Positions 1 to 11,436 of a DNA stretch of 37,863 nucleotides are shown piece after piece (position 1 is the stretch's first letter; the number at the start of each line of letters is the position of its first letter). The notes under the pieces are model-generated. The model was not told the origin of the DNA. It was given only the letters and a program-made list of their open reading frames with translations, and did not search any database. This stretch comes from Veleropilina oligotropha (taxonomy: Eukaryota): assembly GCA_048128005.1 (NCBI GenBank), contig JBEUKZ010000138.1:124001-161863 (forward strand), given 5' to 3'. A program made the position numbers and the translations under genes.

Positions 1-200
1 CCAGAGTTATTACGCCTAATATGTAAGGTCGCATAATCACATTGAACAAGTGTATGAAGTTTGAAAGTTGTAGTTTGAAAAATTTGTGAGAAAAGACCCT
101 TCATGCAAAATGTTAACCTGAAGTTTGATGCCAACGCCAACGCCGACGCCGACGACAGGGTGACTGCAATAGCTCGTACTATTTTAGAATAGTCGAGCTA
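1..200. mobile_element. End of a HINE-like element
   Basis: (GACGCC)n plus a TAGCTCG..CGAGCTA hairpin, the same end architecture as 8410-8478. Confidence 0.6.
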
Positions 201-761
201 ATAAATGAAATGGTGTAAAAACGCCCAGTGTTCGACATAACCGGTCGCCCGCTCGCCAGTGGCGAGTAAATGTCCATTTGGGTGACTACAGCCAGAAAAA
301 ACAACGATAGTTACTGGCCCGAATAATTCCATTTGGGCGAATGGAATCTTCGGGAGTCAAAAGTTGCGCCTTATGAAGTAAACGATACGATAAATCAATA
401 AACGGACTTATAAAATCGTGTTTCGTTTCATTTACAATACTTTTATACAGCTAATATCGTTTGCGGCGTCGCGACAATCTTCAAATGTTATCCGACATTT
501 TGGACATCGACTTTATCGTGTTCTCGCAGCGAGTGTATCAAATACCCATTGACAATTTCCGTACATTACCGAGAAGTGGTTTTCGGAGTCTGTCGATGTT
601 TTCTCGTACTCTTTATCGCCCTTCTACTTAGCGTCGGTCGTTTTCGCTATATTCCGGTTTTGAAACAAAGAGTCTTTTGCGACTTTCACTGCTTTAGTAA
701 TATTTACGATAAAATAAACATTTAAACGTAACAAAAATAGCAGTTTTAGTGGAGGAGGAAT

Positions 762-1000
762 GATGCTTAATGTCCTGTATATTTACAACATCGAGGTTCA
801 AGGCAGGACATGTCCGTGTTATCGCGGGAGGAAACCCCGGTCGCCCGGGTAAACCCGCCCTCTTCGGCCAGTCACGGACAACTGTGATTCATAACTTGAA
901 CAAATGTCAATGCCTCAGCCAGGTATTGAACCCACTACTGTTCGCATTAGAGGAATCAAGCCAGTGAATTTAGAGTGGACACTTTTAACCACTGCGCTGC
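762..1000 (-). mobile_element. tRNA-type SINE copy
   Basis: Same core as 3603-3832. Confidence 0.55.
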
Positions 1001-1308
1001 AGTTTTAGTAACTAAAGTAAGTTTTATATGAAAAGATAATACGTTTTAACCGGATATACGTATAGAATGCAAGTCTGCTGACAAGGCGCATTACATTTCT
1101 ATAATAACAAGGGAGATAATTTAGTGTGAAGACTATATTAAGCAGCTAAGTTACGATATGAATTTTATTAATTTTGAAAGGTGAAAGTCGATTTCGTGAT
1201 AAAACTTGTGAAATTTTTAAATTATCAAACATTAAGTGAGCATATAAATAAAGCCTCTTCCAAATATCAATTGAAGTGTTCTAACTTGTTGCTAAACAAT
1301 ATGCATTT

Positions 1309-1625
1309 CAGGGGCGGATCCAGGGGGGGTCCATGGGGGTCGGACCCCCCCTTGACGGACCAAGTGCCCTTTTGCCTTGGCCATTAAAAAACTCAATGTG
1401 TTAGATTGTGACAAAAATAAAAATTACCCATATATTTTAGTGAAAATGGTTCATAAATGTTGGTAAGAAATCTCGCTTTTGCCCTGTCAGAGTGCAGGAG
1501 AGGAGGTTTAAGGCTGTTGATTGTCAAAATTTTCTTTCGCGTGGGGCCCTGCTCCCACGCGAACAGTTGAAAGTATATTTTATGAAAGTTGGATCCCCCT
1601 TGGCAAAATCCTGCATCCGCCCCTT
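1309..1625. mobile_element. MITE with CAGGGGCGGATCCAG TIRs
   Basis: TIRs at both ends and a 5-bp TSD (CATTT). The internal segment is shared with 21430-21566. Confidence 0.8.
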
Positions 1626-2328
1626 CATTTCTAACATAGTAACAAGTATGGGCCTATCAAAGAAATGTCTAAAATAATTACATAAGGAACATATTACTTA
1701 TTAATTAGTTAGCTTAATTGTTAAAAGCTTGGCTACATATTATATCTAGGTAGACTAGATGTGGTACAAATTTTGCATTATTTACACAACAGTCCATCAA
1801 AAACTTTTCAATATTATATCATAACCATTATAAGCCAATGCCCCATATTAGTATATTGTATAAAATGTATTCACATAATGGCTAAAGCGGCCTTGACATT
1901 GAAAGAAGTTTTTTTACATATCGCTCTCCCAACGTCGTTTCTTTTGCGAGAGTCAATTGCTCTCTCAGCATTTTCATGAGTTTCATTGAAGGTTTCATTT
2001 TACAAACCATCAGCACTGATATATATCTACCACGCAGCCTATCTGTGACCTACTATAATACACACGCTTTAGCCTTATATAAACTCATCTGATTGCTTTT
2101 TCCGTATGTTCTTATTATATATAGGGCCCTCAGCCTGATGAATTTACTAAGACAATAAAATCGATTATTTTCACGTTTGGGCCACCAAAATGCCATTTGG
2201 GTAGATTCCAATTAGTGGCCGCCCCAAAAATGTAAGCCCCCAAAAAATTTGGGGGGATCAAGCAATGTCTACCAAATTAAATGAGATTAGAAATGTATCT
2301 ATTTCACAATCCATACAGCCATATTTAC

Positions 2329-2437
2329 CCGCTTTTCTTTGCCACTAGAGGGCACTGCAGACTCAGCAATAGACGTCATCCAATCATGAAAATGGGAGTT
2401 ACCACAGGAACCATAACTCTCTGCTTCACGTTTATGT
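2329..2437 (-). CDS. ADAM10: ADAM10-like coding exon 5 (cysteine-switch region)
   Basis: Bounded by ctgtag| and |gtaaat. Translates HKREAESYGSCGNSHFHDWMTSIAESAVPSSGKEKR in frame with exon 4, with GSCG at the cysteine-switch position. Later exons lie outside the window. Confidence 0.88.
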
Positions 2438-2463
2438 CTACAGTAAAGATATATCTATTGAAT

Positions 2464-3106
2464 AACTAGTGAATCATCGATCCAGCAAGTCAAGAGGGTG
2501 TATCCCCTCCCACGGCAAAAAAAATCGATAGGCGCCGTGTCCTCATCATACCAAACGTGTGTATAAAATTTCAATCAAATCGGACAATAGATTTTCACTG
2601 TCGAGTGTGCACATGAAATCTCTCCAAACAAAATGACCGCTGTGTCTTTGATCTGAAAACGACGAAAATCGATAGACAGCGTGTCCTCATCATAACTAAT
2701 GTGCATACCAAATTTCAATGAAATCGGATTAATTAGAACTTTGCACTGTAGTGCGTGCACAAGAAATCTCGTCAAAGAAAATGACCGCCTTTAATCCGAA
2801 ACCAACGAAAATCATTAGGCGGTGTGTCCTCATCATAACTAACGCGCATACCAAATCTGAATCAAATCGGACTAAATATTTTCAATGTAGAGCATGCACA
2901 AGAAATCACATGGCGGCCATCTTTGATCCGAAAAAGACGAAAATCGTTCGGTGGCGTGTCCTCATCATAACTAGCGTGCATACCAAATTTGAATCAAATC
3001 GGATTAGAATTTTTAACTGTAGAGCACACACAAGAAATCTCTGCGGCGGTGAGTGAACGATGACTAAACCGTACTATTCCTAACTATTGATAGTCCGGGG
3101 ATACAA
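2464..3106. mobile_element. HINE-like element with internal tandem units
   Basis: Repeated GTCCTCATCATAACT..CATACCAAATTTGAATCAAATCGGAT units and a GGGATACAAT end. Same family as 4050-4734. Confidence 0.6.
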
Positions 3107-3226
3107 TTATTGCAATGGGACACATCTGGCAATGAACCCACATTCAACATAAATTATGCAACAACACATTTTTTCTAAGTAATTGTAACAACAATTAACA
3201 CAATATTAAAGAAAAGCAACTTTAAG

Positions 3227-3488
3227 ATCGATGATTAATGTCTTGTACATTTCCATTACCATTAGGTTCAAAGCAGGACATGTCCATATTATCACAGAAG
3301 GAAAGACCGTTCGCCTGGGGAAACCCGCAGTCTCTGACCAGTTGTGACAACTGTGACTCGTAACTTGAACAAATAATGTCATGTCCCAACCGAGATTTGA
3401 ACCCACTAATCTTCGAATTGGTGTCAGTGAAATCGAGCTAGTGATTTTTGGAGTCTGCAACCGAAGCCACACGACTGTTGGAGCGGCC
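3227..3488 (-). mobile_element. tRNA-type SINE copy
   Basis: The minus strand starts GGCCGC and carries a B-box-like GGGTTCAAATC. Homologous to 762-1000, 3603-3832 and 23489-23724. Confidence 0.6.
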
Positions 3489-3602
3489 TATGTCCCACAG
3501 TCAAGAAATTTCTATAGAATAATTATTGCGAAGTAAGACGTCTGGCAATGAATCCACCATATGGACTTAAAATTTATTTTGCTAAAGTATGAAAAGGAAA
3601 GA

Positions 3603-3832
3603 ATCGATCACTAGTGTTCTGTATATTTTCAATCATCATTTGGTACAAAGCAGGACATGTCCGTATTATCGCGGTAGGAAACCCGCCCTATCCGACCAGT
3701 TACGGACAACTGTGATTCATAACTTGAGCAAATGTGTGATGTCGTTACCTAGGTTTGAACTCACTACTGATCGCATCAGTGGAATCAAGTCAGTGATTCC
3801 ACAACCGATACCACACGACTGTCGAAGCGGCC
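3603..3832 (-). mobile_element. tRNA-type SINE copy
   Basis: Shares the AGCAGGACATGTCCGTATTATCGCGG..ACAACTGTGATTCATAACTTGA core. Confidence 0.6.
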
Positions 3833-4049
3833 TGCTAAACTGCTAAAGTATGAAATGGCACACTTTTTTAAAGTAAATGTAGCAACAATCAAAATGTAGG
3901 ATTGTGAATAAATAATAAATATGTATGTGAAAATTGCCTCTCCTGCATATATCTTCGGGTTAACTATGGTGTAAAGTTTATGAATGTCCCAATTGGACCG
4001 AGCTGACTTGGATGATAATTCAATCAGCGCACAGAATACGCACATTCTC

Positions 4050-4734
4050 AGTGTGTCCTCATTATACCAAACGTGTATATCAAATTTAAAAAAAATCTGA
4101 TAACTTTTCACACAAGAAATCTCGTCATACAAAATGGACGCCATGGCAGCCATCTTGGATCCAAAAACAACGAATTTGAATCAACATGGATAATAACTTT
4201 TCACTATAGAGCGCGCATAAGAAATCTTCTCAAACAAAATGGCGGCCATCTTGGATCCGATAACGACGAAAACTTTAGGTGGCATGTCCTCATCATAACG
4301 AACGTGCATACCAAATATGAATTAAATCAGATAATAGCTTTCCACTGGAGAGCGCACACAAGAAATCTCCAAACAAAATGCCATGGCAGCCATCTTGGAT
4401 CCGAAAACAACGAAAATCGTTAGGTGGCATGTCCTCATCATAACAAACGTGCCTACTAAATATGAATAAACTTGGATAATAACTTTTCACTGTAGAGTGC
4501 GCACATGAAATCTCGAACAAAATGGCTGCCACGGTGGCCATCTTGGATCCAAAAACGGCGAAAATCATTAGGTGGCGTGTCTTCATCATAACTGATGTGC
4601 CTACCAAATTTGAATCAAATCGGATTAGAACCTTTCAATGTAGAGCGCACACAAGGAATCTCTGCGGCGGCAGAAGCGGCTGAACGATGACTAAACCATA
4701 CTATCACCGAAATGTTAAATTTCTGGGATACAAT
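4050..4734. mobile_element. HINE-like element (second copy)
   Basis: Same repeat unit and the same end sequence (GAACGATGACTAAACC..GGGATACAAT). Confidence 0.6.
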
Positions 4735-5142
4735 AAAATTCAATGGCTTTTCCAAAACTTTCGGCTCAAATGCCAGATTTTCCATGACTTCAAGGGCCTT
4801 GAAACAGCATCAATACAATTCCATGACTTTCAAGGACTTCAAGGCCCTGTGCGAACCCTGCCTAAACAATGGGTTAATTCTGGGATCTGGATAGGAACTG
4901 GCCCATCACAATGGATTTGACAAGTTGCCAATTGCAATGGAAGAGTCGACTCTCATGTCGCGCTCTAGAAGGTGATATGGTGGGCAATTCCATGTTTTAA
5001 GGGGTTACAGCCTGCAATTTATAAAAGATTTCATGGTGTATATAACAGATAATACACCAACACCCCTCAGCAATATACACATAATATACACAGCTAGGCT
5101 GACAGTGTATTACCTATTACATAATATATCACATGAAAGTAC

Positions 5143-5314
5143 CTGTAGGGGTCGACATTGAGGTGCTGTTCTGAATATATCACAGAATGGTGTCGTGGGT
5201 TTTTCTGGAATCGGTCCATGGCTTCGATGTAAAATATAGGACTTCCAGGAATGTCGATTTGTCCTCGGAACGTTCCGTTGATAATAGCGCCATGGACAAA
5301 ACTATTGGGAACGT
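5143..5314 (-). CDS. ADAM10: ADAM10-like coding exon 4 (prodomain)
   Basis: Bounded by ttatttcag| and |gtactt. Translates DVPNSFVHGAIINGTFRGQIDIPGSPIFYIEAMDRFQKNPRHHSVIYSEQHLNVDPYR, resembling ADAM10 SFSHGSVIDGRFEGFI..FYVEP..HSVIY. Phase 1 to 2. Confidence 0.95.
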
Positions 5315-6847
5315 CTGAAATAAGGATTGCACGATCGAAATAATCTAAGCTATTACATACGTGCAGTCAGAGCAATTAACGGCAATATTTATATCAATAT
5401 TATTTTATATACATAATTCAGGATAGTACTGTAAATATAATTAGCAGTGATTTTGATACATACATAATATTACCTTCATTAAAATTTTGGACTGCGAAAT
5501 GTCTGGCAGAGCCATTCAGTTGCTTATGTTTTTAATATTATTTGAACATTATAATACATGTAATATAGCATTATGTACGTTAGTTCATGCTCGTTTAAAA
5601 ATAAACCGATTTACTAAATTGTTAAATTAAAGCTATTTCTATGAAATCATCATATAAAATAGACAGCCGCCCGGCTATCAGGAACCCCAGCCTTATATAG
5701 CAATCAGACTGCCATATAAAATCTGTGATCTTCACGTTGCCAGTAGCCCTTGGCTAAACACTGACTGTGCTAACTGTCCATCATGAAAAAGGTTGGCCTC
5801 TGTGACCTTGACATTTGATCAAAGGTCATTTTCTGTCTGCTACATGATGTACTAACCCTACAGAAAGAGGTTGGAACAATATGTAAATATGGAAATTTGT
5901 GAAGGTCAAAGGCCAAATGATAAACATTTTAGTGCCATGCACAGCTTTGGGTTATAGGCAAGATATCTAAAAAAAATTAAAAGGCTACCATGCTGAGTCT
6001 CCGAGAAGCAGAAAGGACAAATTTCAGGGTCAAAGGTTATTGTGGCAAGGTCAAAAATCATTCCTGTGAAATATTACCCATTATCTAGAGTATGATAAGG
6101 GTAGTCCATATGTCATAATATGTCTCCATATAGCTATCATAATGGGCAGGCAAAGTCTGCAAATTGTGCGTATATTTTGACCTCTGTGACCTTGACCTTT
6201 GACCAAAGGCCATATTTCGTATTTGTTATATGATGTACTAAACCTAAAGAAATAGTTTGGCATCAAAGAATTAACAAATGACGAAAAAAAAAAATTCTAA
6301 ATATAGAAAATTTGTGAAGGTCACTACGCAGAGGTCAAAGGAGCAAAATTTTACAGCCATGCACAGCTTTGTATTATAGGCAACACACCTAAAAAAAATT
6401 AAAAGGCTAGCATGTTTGGTCTCCGAGAAACGGCCCGAACAAAATTTCAGGGTCAAAGGTTATTGTGGCAAGGTAAACAAGAGCACCGCAAAACGATGCA
6501 AACGCTCGTCTGTTATTTGACCTCCAAAATGTGTAGCTATAAAACATGAATCAGCCCTGTTAATATTAAATGTGAAATAAAAGCAAAACCATCCTGAATA
6601 TCTTGCATCTGCTGGTGTCCGGGAAAGTATAACAATGTATGTTGCATGTCATCTTCTCGAGGATGAAGAACTGGTGGTTTATGACTCAGTGACATGTATC
6701 TGAAGCCATTTAGAGACTGCAATATACAGTCATGTATTCGTGAGAAATTGCAAACTCTTCTCTGAATTTACAATAACTTGTTGTAGGTGGTCTTACCTCA
6801 CTTGGCCCAATTCTCCGTTTAGACAACTGTATTGTCATACAATATCA

Positions 6848-7266
6848 TCTTAATATAATGGAGCTATAATTGTATGTGTGTGTGTGTGTGTGTGTGTCTG
6901 TTTCAAGTTGAACTCCTCCCAGACGCTTTGACCTAGGACCTTCAAACTTTCGGGGGTTAATCGGGGTCCCCCAAGGAAGGTTTACCACGAAAAAAATTCG
7001 GAAAATCTTAATATAATGGAGCTATAATTGTATGTGTGCGTGCGTGCGTGCGTGTCTGTTTCAAGTTGAACTCCTCCCAGACGCTTTGACCTAGGACCTT
7101 CAAACTTTGGGGGGTTAATCGGGGTCCCCCAAGGAAGGTTTACCACGAAAAAAATTCGGAAAATTCGGGAAAAAAAAACAACATTTAAGGGAGCACTATC
7201 CAAAAAAAAAAAAAAAAAAAATTGGGGTGGGGGGACTTGCCCGGCGAAGACGGGTACCATAGCTAG
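6848..7266 (+). mobile_element. Non-autonomous Helitron with a tandemly duplicated 5' part
   Basis: A|TC start, (TG)n microsatellite, 3' hairpin CCCGGCGAAGACGGG followed by CTAG|T. 6848-7005 is repeated at 7006-7163. Confidence 0.75.
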
Positions 7267-7699
7267 TATCATACAATAATTTTAACCCTGATCAGTAGAG
7301 GAGACTTAAATAGAGAGTGATATTAGACACTGGATACAGTCTGTTCTGGTAATGGTAATATATACTGCCATTTCAAGATACCCATGGAATAAACCAATGG
7401 GGAAGCCAGTTATCAAAATCCAATCAATCCATCTGATTTTGATAATCCCAGCTTCACAGAGTGACCATTAAGCTTAACAGCTTACTGTGCCTATTGGCAG
7501 TGAGCAAGTCTTACAGATAAGCACATGTCCCTTTCATCGTACACATATAATATTACATAAGTAAACAACAGAAATAAATTTACTCTTCCAAAAAATTACA
7601 TTTCTATTCATAGAAAGAATGCTAATTCGTCATCCTCAATACTTCAAGGCATACCGTTAATCAAACTTTTAAGAATACCTGCTATAGTGTGTAGTCATA

Positions 7700-8400
7700 G
7701 TTAACCGGCATTTCAGGGCACAAATTAAGCGTAAAATTACTAAGTCATTCAGGTATAAAAAGTAGGTAAAGGACGTGCATGGGTGGGTGGTTTGGGGTGA
7801 GGCACCCAAGGAGTAAGTGATAGCCAAGTTTGGTAGACCTAGGCCCAGTAGTTGCTGAAAAACTGACTCCAACGCAAAGGTTAACCGGCATTTCAGGGCA
7901 CAAATTAAGTGTAAAATTACTAAGTCATTCAAGCATAAAAAGTAGGTCAAGGACATGCATGGGTGGGTGGTTTGGGGTGAGGCACTCAAGGAGTAAGTGA
8001 TAGCCAAGTTTGGTAGACCTAGGCCCAGCAGTTGCTGAAAAGCTGACTTGAACGCAAAGGTTAACCGGCATTTCAGGGCACAAATTAAACGTAAAATTAC
8101 TAAGTCATTCAAGCATAAAAAGTAGGTCAAGGATGTGCATGGGTGGGTGGTTTGGGGTGACACACACAAGGAGTAAGTGATAGCCAAGTTTGGTAGACAT
8201 AGGCCCAGCAGTTGCTGAAAAACTGACTCGAACGCAAAGGTTAACCAGCATTTCAGGGCACAAATTAAGCATAAAATTACTAAGTCATTCAAGCATAGTG
8301 GGTGGATTGTGGTGAGGCACCCAATGAGTAAGTGATAGCCAAGTTTGGTAGACCTAGGCCCAGTAGTTGCTGAAAAACTGACTCAAACGCAAAGGTTAAC
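7700..8400. repeat. 180-bp tandem repeat (about 3.9 units) inside a HINE-like element
   Basis: Units start with GTTAACC(G/A)GCATTTCAGGGC at 7700, 7880, 8060 and 8240. They are followed by (GACGCC)n and a TAGCTC..GAGCTA hairpin. Confidence 0.9.
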
Positions 8401-9260
8401 CAAATCCGGACGACGCCGACGCCGACGCCGGAGTGGTGACAATAGCTCTTTATGTTTTCACAAACAGACGAGCTAAAAATCATTCCCGTGAAATATTACC
8501 CACCATGATCTAGAGTATGATAAGGGTAGTCCATATGTCATAATATGTCTCCAGATAGCTATCATAATGGGCAGGCTATAGTCTCACAAAGTCTGAAAAT
8601 TGTGCGTATATTTTGACCTCTGTGACCTTGACCTTTGCCCAAAGGCCATTTTTCGTATTTGTTATATGATGTACTAACCCTAAAGAAATAGTTTGGCACC
8701 AAAGAATTAACAAATGACGAAAAATTAAAAAATTCTAAATATAGAAAATTTGTGAAGGTCACTACGCAGAGGTCAAAGGCCAAATGAGCAAAATTTTACA
8801 GCCATGCACAGCTTTGTATTATAGGCAACACACCTAAAAAAAAATAGAAGGCTAGCATGTTTGGTCTCCGAGAAACGGCCCGGACAAAATTTAAGGGTCA
8901 AAGGTCCTTGACATGAAATTTTGCCACCATGCACTAGCGTATGATAAGGGTAGTTAGCATACCATATGAAATCGAGGTAACATGTTTGGTAGCCAAGATA
9001 TAGGCCGGACAACATGAACCGCCCGTCCGCCTCGGGCGATGACAATAACCCCAGATTTTTTTAAGCTGGGGTTAATAATCCAATTAGCATTCATGATATT
9101 GTTGTACCTTACAAATCGGTGATATCTGGATGTCTGAGTTTCAAGTCTTGAGGAACAAATTGGTAAAACGATCCAAACATTCCAGCATTAATTTGGACCA
9201 TATGAATTAGATGGCTATAATAATATAAAAGTACCTTAGTTGTTTAATACACATTCTTAC

Positions 9261-9379
9261 CTTTTACTTTTCCTGAATATATAAAAGATGTGTCCACTTT
9301 TTCTATTTTACCATTATGCTCCAGTACGTGATCTTTATGAAATATTGTGTTGTCCTGTTTTAATTCTAAATGAAAATTC
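9261..9379 (-). CDS. ADAM10: ADAM10-like coding exon 3 (prodomain)
   Basis: Bounded by tttcttttcag| and |gtaaga. Translates NFHLELKQDNTIFHKDHVLEHNGKIEKVDTSFIYSGKVK, resembling ADAM10 HFNLRMKRDTSLF..DTSHIYTG. Phase 2 to 1. Confidence 0.95.
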
Positions 9380-10237
9380 CTGAAAAGAAAAGAAATCAAA
9401 ATATAAATTATGACATAGTATTGTATTTTACACATGCCATACATGTATATAGTGGGCTGTGTATTAACAAAGGGGTAGCCAAGAGCATGGCACTCCATTT
9501 TCTCGCTTGACTGCTCTGATTAACAAGAGTAGGTTACAATCCTTGGCTGGGTAATTTGTTTTATGAACAATCACAGTTTCCATAACTGGACGGTGTGGGT
9601 GGACTTTTCCGGGATAACCGAGAAATTCTCCCACGTTAATATCAAATCAAATCAAATTTATTTTCCACAACATTGAAATACACACATATCAAAGTCAGAT
9701 ATTTACATAATACAATTAAGATATTAATATTATAACAAGAAGCCAAAGTCATCAATATACCCCCCAATGGTACAAGAACTGAAATCCGTAGACTTATTGA
9801 AAGTTGGAATATATTGAAAACAGTTATTTGTCGTTGTTTATTTAACATTTTTCATAGGAGTAGTTATTTCCTGCTCAAAATGACATCTGTTAAGACTGTA
9901 GCATTTAACTTTCCGAAATTTCAACCATTTATATATATCTACTTTTATGAAACGTCATCACCAACTAGTGTCATGAATTTGGCGATATTAGTTGGGCTGG
10001 AGTGCCTCTTCCAACAATGGTACATTCATAACTACTGTATGCTGTATGTTCTTGACACTACAATGGAATAAGCGCAATATCGTTGCTTGAAATAATAAAA
10101 AGGGCAATAACTCTGTCATTAATCATCACACAGCCCCAAAATTATGAAAAGGCATCTGTTAGCCAACTACTGAATACACCCACCAAGTTTCGTAATGACA
10201 CAGATAAATCAATCACTTTATGAGATATAGTGATAAA

Positions 10238-10466
10238 AAGAGGTTTTTAGGTAAACCTAGTATTAGTTAGAATATACTTACGTCATTACCAATGCCATAA
10301 TAGCCATATTATCGCTAAACCGGAAACTGTGAAAAAGCGTTTCACTTTCTTTTAAATTTACACGCTTACCCCCCCTGCTCACCTCTCTCGCGTTCCTCTC
10401 ACGAGATCTGCCCAAGTCTCGCGAGACCTCAGAGACCAAGACAGATCTGGTATCATTTTTAAGTCA
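10238..10466. repeat. DIRS 3' ITR with terminal extension
   Basis: 10279-10466 is the reverse complement of 17525-17713 except for one base in a C/G run (7 vs 8). 10238-10270 is the extension copied in the ICR. Confidence 0.95.
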
Positions 10467-10539
10467 GGAATCTACAGTGCGTAGAGGAACTTAGCAAGAG
10501 GGGTTGGAAGCGAATGCCATGAGCAGGGTGGGTAGACGT

Positions 10540-10628
10540 GTAATGACGTAAGTATATTCTAACTAATACTAGGTTTACCTAAAAACCTCTTATTAGTAGC
10601 AATATACTCTACGTCATTACCAATGCCA
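10540..10628. repeat. DIRS internal complementary region (ICR)
   Basis: 10540-10591 is the reverse complement of 10238-10289, and 10592-10628 is the reverse complement of 17695-17731. The two halves abut. Confidence 0.95.
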
Positions 10629-11436
10629 GAATAACTTTGGACGGTGGGCTAAGTTCTAATGAAATTAATACCCAAACAAGTTACTTACTTGTCACCATGG
10701 AGACAGCTAGTAGCGCCGACTCGCGTCCGCTCAGGATGGAATTACTGAGTATTACAATTCTACCCTTACCCCGACTGAATTTTGACCAATGAAACTGGGA
10801 AAAAACGCCAGAGGTGTTAGTCGGACAAGGTGACGCGAAAGTGCAATCAGCCCCAGGCAAGGCCGGAGGATAAATCCTGTAGGACTTAGATGTCATGGAC
10901 CGAAGCAGCTTTTAGTAAACCCTGGGCATCGAGGCCGGTAACCAAAAGATGCAGTCAACTTGCGACAAACATACAGCACCTGAAAAGGTTGTGAATGTAA
11001 CTAGTTATGCAATTATTAATAGATGTAAGTAATATATACACGTACATATTATATTCCATATTAATAATAAATTCGCTTGACCAAATAGCGAAATGCAAAC
11101 ATGTCCCCATGTTACTTAAAGAAAATGTTTAAAGATTGAATGATATTAAATTTTTTCAATGTCGCAACACCGTAAGCTCATAACAGCAAATGAACTTCAA
11201 TAATATCAAAATCTAAAACCCTTTTAAGATTTAGCATTATATATGTCTAATTTCAATGTGAGTGGCATGTGTCATGTGAACTCAGATCTGACAATTTATT
11301 CTCAGTCCATAAATAGAAATATTGGACTGCAGACAACACAATGAAAACAACACTAATTGTTAGCAAGCTACACAATAGAGTTGCACATAAATGCGGAGTG
11401 ACTGTATAATTACCAATTAAGTATTTACAATACCTG

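Larger units (their letters stand above)
5657..9075. mobile_element. Helentron-type non-autonomous (HINE-like) element with internal ~420-bp repeats, interrupted by a nested insertion
   Basis: Repeated GACCTTGACCTTTGACCAAAGG units. Terminal hairpin AACCCCAG..CTGGGGTT with a matching AACCCCAGC near 5685. The host unit is split at 6474/8479. Confidence 0.6.

Noticed and set aside
227..345. CAGTGTTCGA hAT-like left end, and a GTGCGAACCCTG right end at 4849-4860
   Set aside because: Each lacks its matching TIR and TSD in the window; they are only fragments of different families.
1870..2045. Possible sixth ADAM10 exon
   Set aside because: No frame resembles the ADAM10 prodomain end or catalytic domain, and there is no convincing splice pair.
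2125..2170. CTGATGA, a hammerhead-ribozyme core candidate
   Set aside because: No correctly placed GAAA and no closing stems.
7669..8483. 207-aa and 64-aa ORFs with repeated peptide
   Set aside because: They are translations of the 180-bp tandem repeat, with no protein-family signal.
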